Of a DNA stretch of 64,000 nucleotides, positions 1-12,200 are shown piece after piece. The translations under genes were made by a program, and so were the position numbers. Within the stretch, counting starts at the first letter, position 1. The number at the start of each line of letters is the position of its first letter. Under the pieces are notes generated by a model. The model was not told the DNA's origin. It saw only the letters and a program-made list of their open reading frames with translations, and did no database searches. The stretch is taken from NCBI GenBank assembly GCA_977030845.1, contig OZ365115.1:31248001-31312000 (forward strand), in the 5' to 3' direction. The stretch comes from Fimbriosthenelais zetlandica (taxonomy: Eukaryota).

Positions 1-1109
1 ACTGACTCTTGCTGGAGAGATTCTCCAGCAAATGTTGGTATTGGAACAGGGTCAGGAGTGGACATTTGAGCCAGGTCAGATGGGTAGGGATACCTAGTGG
101 GTATACTGGATGGCGCATCTGAACCCCGCGAAAACCCTTAGATTTTACAATATTCATTGCTGCAAATGCTATGCCTCATGAGGTAACCCAGTGTCAAATA
201 TACATAATTGGGAAATACATGGAAAGGACATAAACATGATTCTATGAAAGTATTTACTTAACATACTAAGAGACCTACCACTGTTACACTATATTATGTC
301 AGATATATCCATCTTAGATCATCAGTGTCAGTGGTAATTATTAAGGGGTAATTACATGAACTAAGCCATGGAACCGTTTAAACGGTCCCAGGTAATAAGT
401 TTGATTTGGATCACGAGTACACTCATCCGGTGGCATGGTAAAACTGGGCATACACACCTCTTAAACTTCTACCCAAGCCAAGCATATGTGAGCTGTACCT
501 GGATTTTTTGTTTGGTATAGGTTACCTAGGAAACGTGCTAGTTGGCAGGGGAAGAGGAAGATAATAGATCCAAATCATTTCGTCCATACCAAATTGACAT
601 CATTGAATTAAATTAATGACATTTTCAACAAAAAATTGCATTGTTTACTCTCATAACTCTGGACTGAGTTATATTCAAGAACATTATTGCTCTTTCTGTT
701 GAATTCGTGTCTCGATGTCATTTCTTTAAGAGTATTTCCTTTGCCCATTTTGTAAACTTGGTAGATGTAGGATAGTTGTACATTAATCCATTAGAAATTG
801 TTATAATTAAGAATTGGATTTTGAGCAAGTAATGGGAGGGAAAGTTGATAATTAATTGTTGATTACAGTCTGCTCTCTGAGGCATATAATTACTCAATTT
901 GACAATAAAAACTGTCCAGAAGATTGCAGATCACTCTGTACAAGACATACCATTGTAAGTAACCCCTCAGCCGAGCTTAACCTACCAGGCTGAAGAATGA
1001 CATTTTGTTCAGGGTATTAAAGTTTACCCGGTACAGAAAGATCATTAAACCCTAAAATCCTTTGTGAACAACGAGGTTTATGTTCATTGGATTCCCGCAG
1101 GTAAAGGGA

Positions 1110-1340
1110 AGATGCAGTAAAGGTGTGGAAAGGCATCGGGCATGTGAATGCACTTAGCGTCACCATATATTATCCAATACTGTCTTCAACAAAGATCCAT
1201 GGCTAAATCTTCAAATAACCCAGGGACAGTAGGGCGCCAAGCCTTCAAATGCTTGACCAATTTTTGACCATTTTCAAACACCTTAGGCAAAATACAACCA
1301 TTATCATACATTTGCTCTAAAAGTAATTTGGGACTGTAAA
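1110..1340 (-). pseudogene. Possible degraded Maverick/Polinton protein-primed DNA polymerase B fragment
   Basis: LLEQMYDNGCILPKVFENGQKL then, after a frameshift, FVEDSIG*YMVTLSAF resembles the remembered pPolB exonuclease region (YLYDN.ILP.VI.NG.K ... FIDS.NF.PM.LS.F). By-eye only. Confidence 0.3.
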
Positions 1341-2067
1341 CTATGGGTGCTTCAAATAATGGTAGCCTAAAATAGCTTCGTGAGGAGGAAAGTTGAAAAT
1401 GTGGGCATATAAAATTTCTACGTGAACGTTTATTGTTGAAAGGTGCTCTTATATACAGGCCTGGCAGAGGTATAGTATGTGCACCAATACATCTCGAGTG
1501 TTAGGCGAAATTCAGGCTTGGAATGTTCCCAATGCCTGTTTCAAAGGCTGTTGGAGGAAATTCAATTCCTCTGCGTGTCAATCATACAGACAGTGACACA
1601 GGTTTGCCAATCCTTGCTCAATTAACCCGCTTTTCAATGTTTTACATCCATACTGGTAGATCATACATGCATTACATGATAAAATTTCCCAGCAGAGGTA
1701 ACTGCAGGCGATGGGGATATAGGGGTTGTAGGAAGGAATGGTAGTTCCCACCATATCAAATATTCATTGAGTTATGCCAGTCTAATCTTTTGTGTTTACA
1801 TGCAATGTATTCAGAACACCGAATATATTTCAACATCCTTACTTATTTAAGGCATGGAGATAATACATTGCAATGTCGAAGACTGTGTGTCTACATCGAT
1901 ACATTCTGAATAGTTATAAATAATTATATAGTATACATATTGTATTTCAACATCATGACTCATCTAAGGGATAGAGAAAATGAAGAAAAAATGACAATCT
2001 AGTGCCAACAGCAAGGCAATAAAACCATGCCTATTTATGATTATTTTGATATTAACTTTTCATTTAC

Positions 2068-2505
2068 CTCCACGTCATAATAGGTTTTCCATTTGACTTC
2101 GGTCTCTTCCACATTCCAGTTGCTCTGGTCATCGGACGTGGCCCAGACTTCGATCACCTCCACGATCTCATGCTGAGGGTTGGTTAACTCAAGGTCACTC
2201 CTGGAGGAAATATCAAGGTCAGCCAGAGCCGAACTGCCAAGGTCACTCCGGTAAGAGAGGTCCACGCTGTCATTACCATAGAGATAGGAGGAATGGAAGG
2301 AGGGATTGCTCTCCTGGCTTGTATTGCCATACTGGGGCTCACTGTAGGAGGATATTGAACTATGAGCTACGAGGGGTGGTTCCTCTTCATATTGAGGGGG
2401 AAATACAGTAGAGACTGGACTGAATTCCAGACTGGAAACAGAGGTCATGGAGCGGTCCTGATCATCCTGATCAGATCCTGAAGATCGGAGCTTTATGATC
2501 CTCAT
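2068..2505 (-). CDS. Probable alternative first coding exon (146 codons, Ser/acidic-rich) of the same minus-strand gene
   Basis: ATG at 2505 (A at -3) with an in-frame TGA 21 nt upstream; peptide MRIIKLRSSGSDQDD...KWKTYYDVE; donor GAG|gtaaat at 2068, phase 0, the same phase as the 7419 donor. Confidence 0.55.
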
Positions 2506-5500
2506 ATTTCGTTTTAGGTAATTTCAGAGAATCCGTCAACCTCAGAACTGAGCGTACTTTAATGTCCACTGGCACCACAAATATCAAAGGAAATCCAAAA
2601 ACGATCGAGTGGGTGTGGCTCCTAAAGCCTAGACTTAATCCAAGAAATCTTCAGGAAGTTAATCCAACTGATTATCTTCCTTCAAACAAAACCTCCAGGG
2701 GTCAATGTTTCAAGCAATCTGGTCATTTGAAGAAGTAACACTTCGTGATTTTACCAGAATTTCCAAGATTATCCACAGTGACTTTAGGGAAATGATGATC
2801 TTTTGGTGGAAGTAAAAACTGGAGACATGCAGCTTGACTCGGGCACGGGATCAGTGACTATGAGAAGCCGGTTTGACGTGCTGCAATTAGTGCGAGCAAA
2901 TTAGTGATCCCAGGTTAATTGCGCTCCATGCATACTGCAGATCAAGCAATGCATGTTGCCAGGGCAAAATATGGATCCACATTAAGCGACCGACCCACTC
3001 TTCCTATGTTTAATATAATTGGATTTTTCTCCCTAGTGATTTTGAGCGTTTTAATTCATTCAAGGAGCTTGAGTGAATCCACTTGGAAGCTTAGAAAGTG
3101 TATGTATAAGAACAGTGGCAGATACAGATGTGATATATATCCAGCAATGGTGTCATGGATGGTTGCCTCTAGGAGTGTGAAGGGTGTATAGAACTACATG
3201 TATAGTGTGGCCTTATATCATAAGGGTAGGGAATGGGTTTAAGACCTTCTGAGAGAGAATTGCCTTATAGGGCTTTATAAACATGTCACGGCACCTGCTG
3301 CTCAAATGTAACTGCCACATCAAGCATACAAATGAAAGGGGGAAAGATATATCCATCCCAGTCCATAATAGAAAGGTATACCCATGAGCGTTGAGCCTTG
3401 GCAATTTGAAGGTTTCAAAGTCTAATACATTTTCCTCTATTGAAACCTGTTGTCAGAGTGTGTCCTACAAATATATGTTGCATATGTAATCCAGATGCTA
3501 AAAGTAAAGCAAAATGTTGGATCTTTTCCTTTGAGAAATTTAAACATCACAGAGCGGTACCCAGGTAAATCCAGTGCAACTCACAAATCTTCTACGATTA
3601 TGTTGATTCTAGTCAATATTAGAATCTGATGGAAGTGTCCCCTGGCCAGCTGGACATAGAGTGGACAGTGGTCAAGATTCCGTCCTCTGACCTCTCACTC
3701 ATCCCTCACTGCCCTAACCCACCTTCCGTCAACACTATGGCATTTTTCTCACCTATACTGATCTCTGGGAGAGTCAGGCCAGACAAAACATACTCTGGCT
3801 TCTCTTCCAAAAACGTGAACTTGTCAAATGTTAGCCGAAATTACATTATTTTTCATTCAACTCATTTGACAAAGGTGGTGAGAAATATTACTTGCAACCT
3901 TCAAGAGAAATTTTGCACTAAATGTCCAAAGAACATTTGAATAACACGCAAAAATATCCCTCTGCAAGAAACCAATCTGTACATTAATCGCTAATTGTGC
4001 ATTAGGTTTCCCTGGGGCTTTGAATATCTGATAAGTTCATACAGGAAGTATTTCTACCTATATGTAATTCAGATGAGGAAATTGTATGGCCTCAAGAGGC
4101 ATACTGCAGAGTGATAACCAATTATGCTTTGATGGGAGTGGATGAGGCATCAGATACATAGAATGTTGCTAATATTATAATATTAGATTCAGTGTCAAAA
4201 GCATCACTTTTTTCTCGGACATTAGAGGTCATATTGGTCTGCTGTTGTTTCTGGTCGTCAGCCAGGATTCCAGGTATTATACATGACGCAATTTTTGACT
4301 TTTTCTCGGAGGCTCCGAGCTCGGGGAGGTTTTAGAGGCGTGATGATGCCAACATGTGTTACCCTGTGTACCATGTCACAAATGTCAGGTGGGTGGTCGG
4401 CCTGCCACCACAGGTAAATAACATAACTAATACTGCCCGACTATTCCATAAACAACATTCTGTTTTCAATGAATACAATCCAGAATCAAAGCCGTTTCAT
4501 ATCAATCACTAGTGAATTTAGTGTGTAATTCATAACTTTTAAGGAACAAGAATACAAGAGTGAAATGGGTAAAAATGTGTTCAGCAATTGGGCCCGGCAA
4601 TTCCTCTCACCATAGACAATAGGAGACATGGCTGACCTTTCATATCATATGCAAGAGAGAGGGTGATCTATCAAGATTGGACAAATGAAACTACAGTGGA
4701 CTCCCTCCAAGCGGCCACGATTCACTCTTAACTAAAAGGCCTGATTCTCCAAGCACTCGAGATGAAGATCTCAGAATCATTTTTTCTCAAGCCATCGTTG
4801 ACTATGCCCTTGGGGATGATATGTCAGATAGGGAGATAAGAGGGTATGTTTTTTAAGGTAATATGGGTCTCATTAGGCCCTCAGGGTAGAGTGAGGTGTA
4901 CCATTGATGTGCACCTGTAATGCCAGGTGTGAGAACATCTTGTTTCATCTTGCCAGCAGCAAGCCTCAAAACAACTTGAACCATTACACCTGGGTAAATG
5001 GAGCTAAGGGTAACAGGGCCCTCATAGCTTCCCATCAAGCAGGGGGGGTTTTCTGCTAATAAAATCTTCGGTCCCCTCCGACTGAATATGCCCCTAGACT
5101 ATCAGTGTCAAAAGCGATACATACTGAGTATGAGTGATACTCATGTTTATGTTACTTCTCATTTCAACTGCCAAATATTCGCCCCCTTATTCAGACCCTT
5201 GATGGTTATTTGTCCCCACTCAAATAGTTTTTATGCAATTAATATTGACTGCATGAAGTCCTTTATTATTCATTGAACTGCAAATTAAATATTTCATATA
5301 CTCTTATAATATCAGAGCTGCAGGCACAGGACTGGGCTAATTATTTTTCCAACTTCAAATATATATGCAAAAATCATAATGATTTCATGACTTGACTGGA
5401 CCAATTTTTATGAGCAACTCAAACGTGTATTATTTGCCATGATCAGATGGCCAGTTGTAACATGACTTAAGTTGAGTAATGCCCACTAAAGCCCGGTACT

Positions 5501-5587
5501 TCATGCTAACACAGGTACAAAGTACTTGAGGTAGCACCCCTTTTCTCAGCTGCGACTCATGGAGACCTCCCGGTTGTGCCGGCTCAC

Positions 5588-5820
5588 CAGATTCTTGTGT
5601 TCCGATGAACCAAACAAATGTGATGTTTATCAATATTTATTACACGAGCAGTGGCGAGAGATGCAGCAAAATATGACTAGAGGGAGGCAGAGAGGGGCGA
5701 TCTGCCAGCGCCAGACTAGTATGTGAGATCTACCAGAGCTGACCGCAAAGAGAGAGAGGGAGAGGAGAGAAGTCGCTGAATCAGCAGAAGGTGCTCTGCT
5801 GCTGGTATTTGGTCTGAGCC
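5588..5820 (-). other. Candidate non-coding first exon of the minus-strand gene
   Basis: GC/CpG-enriched patch ending in AATCTG|gtgagc at 5588; no ATG inside; 5' boundary is a guess. Confidence 0.25.
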
Positions 5821-7418
5821 GGCTGTAGAGAATGCCAGCTGGGCCTTTTGACTAATATTCTGTGATCAGAAAGTGGAAGGGACACACTAGGACCTGATTA
5901 GTGATGGCATGGGAAAATGTGTTCCTTGGTTATCATAAAGTGCTTGTCGATTGGTGTCAAGAAGAATGTCTGATCATGGTTTGTCTGCCATAATATGGCT
6001 GAGGAGAAAGTGTTACATTGAAATACAGGGACTGATTAGAACAGATTTTACTGTGGTTTAAATTCGCCGGGCACAGTAGAATGACATAGAAATGCAGGAG
6101 ATGAATGGGGCTATGTCCTGGACTCATGCAGTTATCCCAGAAATCTACCTCCAACTGCCTGGTAATGAAAAGCTGCTTCAAAAAAAAGCACCACTAACTC
6201 AATGGTTTATCTGACTAGCAAAAAAAGTGATTTTTCATTTTTCAGACGAGCCAGTAGACTGAGCCCAATACAAGTGAGCGACTAGTGGCCACTTGGCTAT
6301 AGGAGCGATAGAGGGAAGAGTTTAATGGGATCATGTTTAGTGTTGACCTCAGCTTAGAAATGTCAGACATTTAAAATTTAAATCCAATGCGGAGAATGAG
6401 TTGAAGCCGAGCCAATGCTTGACAAGGGCTGAGATGTTGGTATTCACAGACCTTTCCTTGCCCTTTTTATGTGATTTTCAGGTGAAATACCGTTTGTATA
6501 TCTGAGACATTGGCAGGGATTATGTTCACCCATACAAGCCGTCCCCAGACGCTCATGGACTGGCAGGATTAATGGTGGTTAAGTACGATTATATTCTACC
6601 ACTTTCTTCATCTAAGTATCTCGGAATCATCTTGGTAGGCCTATATACTCAAATCATTTTCTTCATTTTGATTTTTATCAAATGGATCTTTTTGGACTGA
6701 TTGCTGCTTAAGCAGGAGTATTAAGAAGATCAGTCTTGAGATGGTGCTGGCAGATCCTAGACAAGTACTACTAGTAGCTCTACTGATACTCCACTTCTCG
6801 GGTTACCCCCACCCCGCCCAGCCAATACACCAGCTCCAGCACAAGAAAAAAAACTCATCTCTCTAGAAAAAAAGACAGAGAGAATGCGGCCATTGCTGCT
6901 GCTGAAGTGGCACCGAGACAGTCTGCCCGTGCACCAAGTACTCCCCAGATATATAAGTCAGATATATGAGACGGATATCTCATACTTTCTGTGATACGGT
7001 TTTAGTTCTATAGTCAAGTGTATGGAAGTTAGACTTCATTACCTAGCCTGATTTATAAAGGTGAAATGGAGATCATTAACTAAGACAGTTAATGACATGG
7101 GATTTTATGATTATCAATGATTACACCATTGATAATCAACGACTATCATTGATAATGGCACGATATGACAAAATCAAATATAACTGACCAACATAGGACT
7201 GAAATTTAAATCCAGTTAGAAAAAATAAAATACATTAAATTCATGGCATGGTTTCTGGTAATCATTTTTGTTTCAAGTACCGGTACCTGAAATAAATCCG
7301 AGATTAACCCAGCAAAGGACAGCCAGAAATGACCCTAACAAAAATGAAGGATGATCATACACCATTAATAATGAATTACGACTTAAGGTGTAGTGAGGTA
7401 ACGTTAAGACAGACTTAC

Positions 7419-8144
7419 CGTGGGCGACTGCGGGGGAGAATAGCGGTCCTCCATGGTGTATGAGGCTTCTGACGTCACTGTGAACGACGCTTCAGCTGAG
7501 ACGTTGGACTCGTCGTTGTAGTCGGCTTCATCATGGTACTCCTCCTCATAGTCATGGTGACCGTTGGTCTCCGGTGGACCTGACGTCATCAGGTTATCAA
7601 ACTGTGAATCATACTCACGTCGTTCGTTATCTGACAACGACGTCATGTCCTTTTCGGTTGCGAGTGTGACTTTTTCTGGGAGGTCGTCTTTTTCGACGAC
7701 TGAATTCTCTTCGTCTTCTTCCTCGTCCTCGTCGTCGTCTTCCTCCTCGTCCTCCTCTTGGATTAGATCAGGCTGCGCGTGGATACGACCTTCAGAGACG
7801 TCGTAAGAGCCTTCAAGACCCTCAATGTCATCTGTGGTCAGGGCGCCGCCTAGCAGGTCAATCTGACCGTGGACGTCGTCGTGGGTTGGTTGTGACGTGG
7901 CAGGAAGATTGGAGGAGAAGGGGTCAAAGTCGTCCCCAGTGTCCACTTCTTCAGTGACTTCCCCAAGGTCTATAAGTCCAGTTGTGTGATGGGAGGTTTT
8001 TGTGTTGTTGCTAGCTTCTTGGTTCTGACCAAAGGGGTCACTTCCCTCGAAAGGGTCACTGGGACTGATTGTGTCTGGGGACTCAACTATTTGGGCAAAG
8101 GGATCAAACCCTGTGAAGGAAGCTTTCTGGTCGTTGTCACTGGG
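7419..8144 (-). CDS. Large internal exon (242 codons) of the acidic DPF-motif protein
   Basis: Acceptor ctgcttcctttccag| at 8144, donor ACG|gtaagt at 7419, phase 0-0. Open frame PSDNDQKASFTGFDPFAQ...SDPFEGSDPFGQ...DDFDPFSS...EEDEEEDDDEDEEEDEE...YSPPQSPT. GC and CpG content much higher than flanks. Confidence 0.82.
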
Positions 8145-9077
8145 CTGGAAAGGAAGCAGGCCATCCTCAATTAATATGTGACTATGATTATAGAATAGTG
8201 GGTACAGGGTCCAGGATCCAGGGGGAGGGGGATGGATTTCCCACCTGGTATGGTTATTTCATTATTGAGATTCTTAGTATTGCAATATTACAGAGCCACC
8301 ACTCGTGTGAGGGTTATGCAACTATACATGGATGAGATCCAAGGCTTAAATTGTCTACATTTTAGTACTAGAAGGAATTGAATGCACGACATTGACTCCA
8401 TGCTTTCAAAGGCTATATCACTCTACATATATTCCGCTTCTGTTCAAGGTTTTTCATCAATGATTTTTTATACAGAATTTAAAATCAATTTAACAGAGAT
8501 AAACGATCAACCAATTTACTTGAATCTTTTCCATACTCACCTCCGGTTGATAGGAGTGGACATAGAGTAGATACCAAATAAAAATATACGGCCTGCTACG
8601 TACAAGAAGTAATTTTGGTTTGAAATTTTTCGAAAGAAAGGTATGACTTGATCAGTGGCATAATATAGAGTAAAATGCTCAAAGCCTTTAACTACATACA
8701 AGACAATGTCACAGGGCAAAGTGAACAAACTAAAAAATCTACAAAAGGCAATCCAAACTAATACATTTCAGAAGGATTAAGATTTGTTTTGTGGGTTGAA
8801 GGCAATCCTGAAAGTAGTGGGTGAATTGGTACCTATAAGTACATGTTTGTTTTAGAGTGAAATTCATGTTATTGTGATTTCTAGTATGTGAGCCAAAACA
8901 AAAGAGAGTGCAAATTGTGTGATACTTAAGTTTCTACCATAACAGGGAGGGAGAATTTTTAATTGGGGGGGAAATGAAGAATGAAAATTAAAAGAAAACC
9001 GGGGGAACGTATTCAGCCAATATTGTCATTAATATGGATAATAATGAATGTTAAATCATTAGTAACTTTACCATTAC

Positions 9078-9206
9078 CGTCTGGTCATATTGGGTAGAAA
9101 AGGGGTCAAATGGATCAGTTGAGGTGACCCCTGTTGTGTCCTTGACCTCTCTAGGAGGGTCAGAGTTCATGTCATCAAGGTCAAGAAGGGAGTCTATGTT
9201 AGACAT
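9078..9206 (-). CDS. Probable start-codon exon of an unidentified acidic DPF-motif protein (exon extends 5' to an acceptor at 9262)
   Basis: Minus strand: tatttcag| at 9262; CTCACCATG at 9206; peptide MSNIDSLLDLDDMNSDPPREVKDTTGVTSTDPFDPFSTQYDQT; phase-0 donors ACG|gtaatg (9078) or ATG|gtaaag (9072). Same composition and motifs as the 7419-8144 exon. The frame is also open from 9262, so the true start could be further upstream. Confidence 0.62.
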
Positions 9207-12200
9207 GGTGAGAGGTGGATATGGTTGAGGGGATGTGGTGTTGAAGGAACGTTCACACACTCCTGAAATAGTGAATTATTGGGTTATACTTGAAGGAAAA
9301 TACTGAGAACAACTATGTGGACTTTAAGAACAAAGTCCTTATCTCTAGATTAAGAGCAAACAGAGCAAGAGCTTTTCAGAGTGAGTTGAGGTGAATATGA
9401 GAAATTTGCTGTCATTCATTCACAAAGCATTCAAGAACAGCACAATGTAGTTTTCTCTAATTCATAGACATTGTATTCAATGCAATGAACGGCTTAACTA
9501 AGGAGTTAGAAACTCCAGAGGAATAAAAATGTTCATGTACAAGGCTTATTGCTATGCTAATTCATCTTGTCACATGGAATGCTTAAAGGTGAAGCATTAT
9601 GCATCTATATTAGCAGTTCAAAACATGCTCAAAACAGTGGAGGAGGTCCTCCGAGAAATTCAAATTTCCTGAAACAAAAATAGTGTTCCAAGAGGATGAA
9701 CCTTTCTTTTTCATATTTAACAAGAACTTTTGTCAATAAAAAATAGGATTTAAAATTCCCGCAGTGTCATGTGCAATCTTTTAAATAACCTGTACACACA
9801 CCAAGCATTCATTCACTTAAAAAAATTGTAAACATCACAGTCACTTCTATCATCTGTAGACTATAAGCAACCCCAAATATTTTAAAAGTTGATGTCAGAT
9901 ATTAGAACTAAATGTTAATTGTTTGTGTCGGTGTTATTCATGTGCCAGAAAAGCCAGATGAAAAAATAGGTGAGAATTCTACTAATAATTCATGAAAACA
10001 AGGTTTAGATCTGTTTTTTAAATAAGAGAGAAATACACAAATAAACCAAAAGCTATTCTCTTCACAAAATATATATATTCCAAGATATATTCACTAAAGT
10101 AAGGTAAAAATAGGTAAGTTTCAAAACACAAATTTGCTTCTAATATGAATTTTTTTTAAACACAAGCAGACCTGTACTGAAACACAATAGGGATACATGT
10201 ATATGAAAATAGATTAAACAAATGGGAGATGGTTCAATTACGGACGTAGAAAGTTGAGATGTAGTGATTAGAATTTGTTAATAACACACCGTTCACTCAA
10301 TGACACACAATGAACACCAAACTTCACTTTTATCACAAAAAAGTAAAAAAGGTGATAGAACGTTACGCTGCTTGATGTTCCCACTTGTTATCAATAAAGG
10401 AAAATACGTAAAAAATATTGAATTTTATGGCACATAGAAATCCTGTAAAATACTAACCGACACATTCTATACACATTCAGACCAGCTATATTTTAGTTTA
10501 TCATTCTTTTTTATATTATAGCTAAGTTTATGTTTAATTTGTCAAATGATTCTTTAGCAATGACTCAAATATGATGTTTAATATTATAACATGTAGGCCT
10601 ATTTAACAAAATTTATCTTAACCACGATCTTAGAACTTAAATTCACCCCAACGAACTCCAGGAGGTCAGATCAGTGAGAAAGCTCATACTTTTAAACTGA
10701 CAACACATAGATCTATCATGGTGCTATTTTTAGCTTCTTTAGTGATATTAGCTGTGAAAACCTCCTAATGCATTGAACCTGTAAACCCAATTATAGGGAA
10801 GTCGGAAAATATCATATTCATAGTATTATCTAGAGACTGTGGGACAAAATTAGGGACTACACCTTCTAAACTAAACTGATCATGGAAGAGTTTTCGAGTA
10901 TATTTTGGGTCTATAAGGGTTAAGGAGGAGGAGATCAAGGAAGAATGTGTGTGGGTTGAACCCTGACTATCTCTGACTGACCAGACCCAGCTGGTCAAGC
11001 TATCAGATGCTCGTATAAACTGACCTCCTTGATCCTTTCATTTGTACTACAAGGAATTAGAGGGAAGTGAGCAATGCCCTGCACTGACGGTTCTGAAAAT
11101 GATCTAGCAGAATTGTAACCCAAATGAATGTCCTCAATAATTATCTCAGAGAATACTTAATCATTCCCAAATGCTGAGAAGTATCTGGTCTTTTGTAGAA
11201 AATGGTCTCAGATATTTCTGAAACTAATCAAATTACCAGGTATGGGGAGATTTCCCATGAAAAGGATAGAAAGACAGACTGAAGAAGGGATAAGACAAGC
11301 AAATGTGGCGCCGTCTGGTAGAGTAGAAAAGTAACTCAAGATGAGGGCTGAAGCTTAGAGCTCTGCTAAGCATATACCATATATTAAATCTATACTTCAT
11401 ATCACTCTACTTCCCATGTAAGACACATGGAGGCGCATCTAGATCATTATTGTCTTTCTCTTCTTTTTAATTAACACCTCCTGAGAAATAGGAAGGCATT
11501 TAATGGTCTGCCTATAAATTTAATAGGAGCTGAAAGATCTAGTTTCTAAATCACTAAATTCATTCTTTTAAAATAAAATAGTCAGAATAATGGAGTATTA
11601 TCCCACAATTATTTAATAGTGCAGGTGGCAAGAGTATGACAAGGGTGGGCATAATATTAATAAACGACATGGAGAGGAAGAGAGCGGATACAGAGAGACT
11701 GATGGAGAGCTATAGATCTCCCTACATAATAAAGATAAAGAACTCTGCTTCAATGAATGGATGACAGATATTCCCCGAGATATATCAACATAGGTGACAG
11801 AGAAGGATAAAGTATCGGTGCAAATAAAGACAGATGACATGGGCTAAAGATATTACATCCAAGGCTTGAAGTGGAGTGGGAAGGGGCAAGAATGGCCATT
11901 AAATTACTGGAGTTCGTAAACATTTTGAAATTCTTCAGCAGAACCTTATAATTAATCTACTCTCTATTTAATATTGTGGATTTAAAATGTTATCTTTCAT
12001 TTATAAGAGATGAGGATGACATAGGAACTTTCATTGATAACCTTTCACATAATCTTCATATGAGATGACAGGTCCTTTTCATTACCTGAAGTACAGTTAG
12101 GTGATTCAATCCTCAGCTCCTCTTCCTTGAAATAATCATAGCCAGAGCTACATAGAGCGGATAGGGAGACGAGGACAGGCTCACATAGTGACAAGACAAT

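Noticed and set aside
9-31. Perfect 10-bp hairpin TTGCTGGAGA-gat-TCTCCAGCAA
   Set aside because: About one such stem is expected by chance in 64 kb; too short for a pre-miRNA.
1-150. Possible next exon of the minus-strand gene (two open frames run off the window edge)
   Set aside because: Acceptors are weak, the frame is ambiguous and neither peptide is recognisable; cannot be decided without the adjacent sequence.
4853-5038. ORF faintly resembling LINE RT (LS..Y..V...VLRL...GI...SLY)
   Set aside because: The key QG and YADD residues are absent; similarity too weak.
7564-7806. Poly-Ser ORF on the plus strand
   Set aside because: Antisense shadow of the Glu/Asp-rich minus-strand exon.
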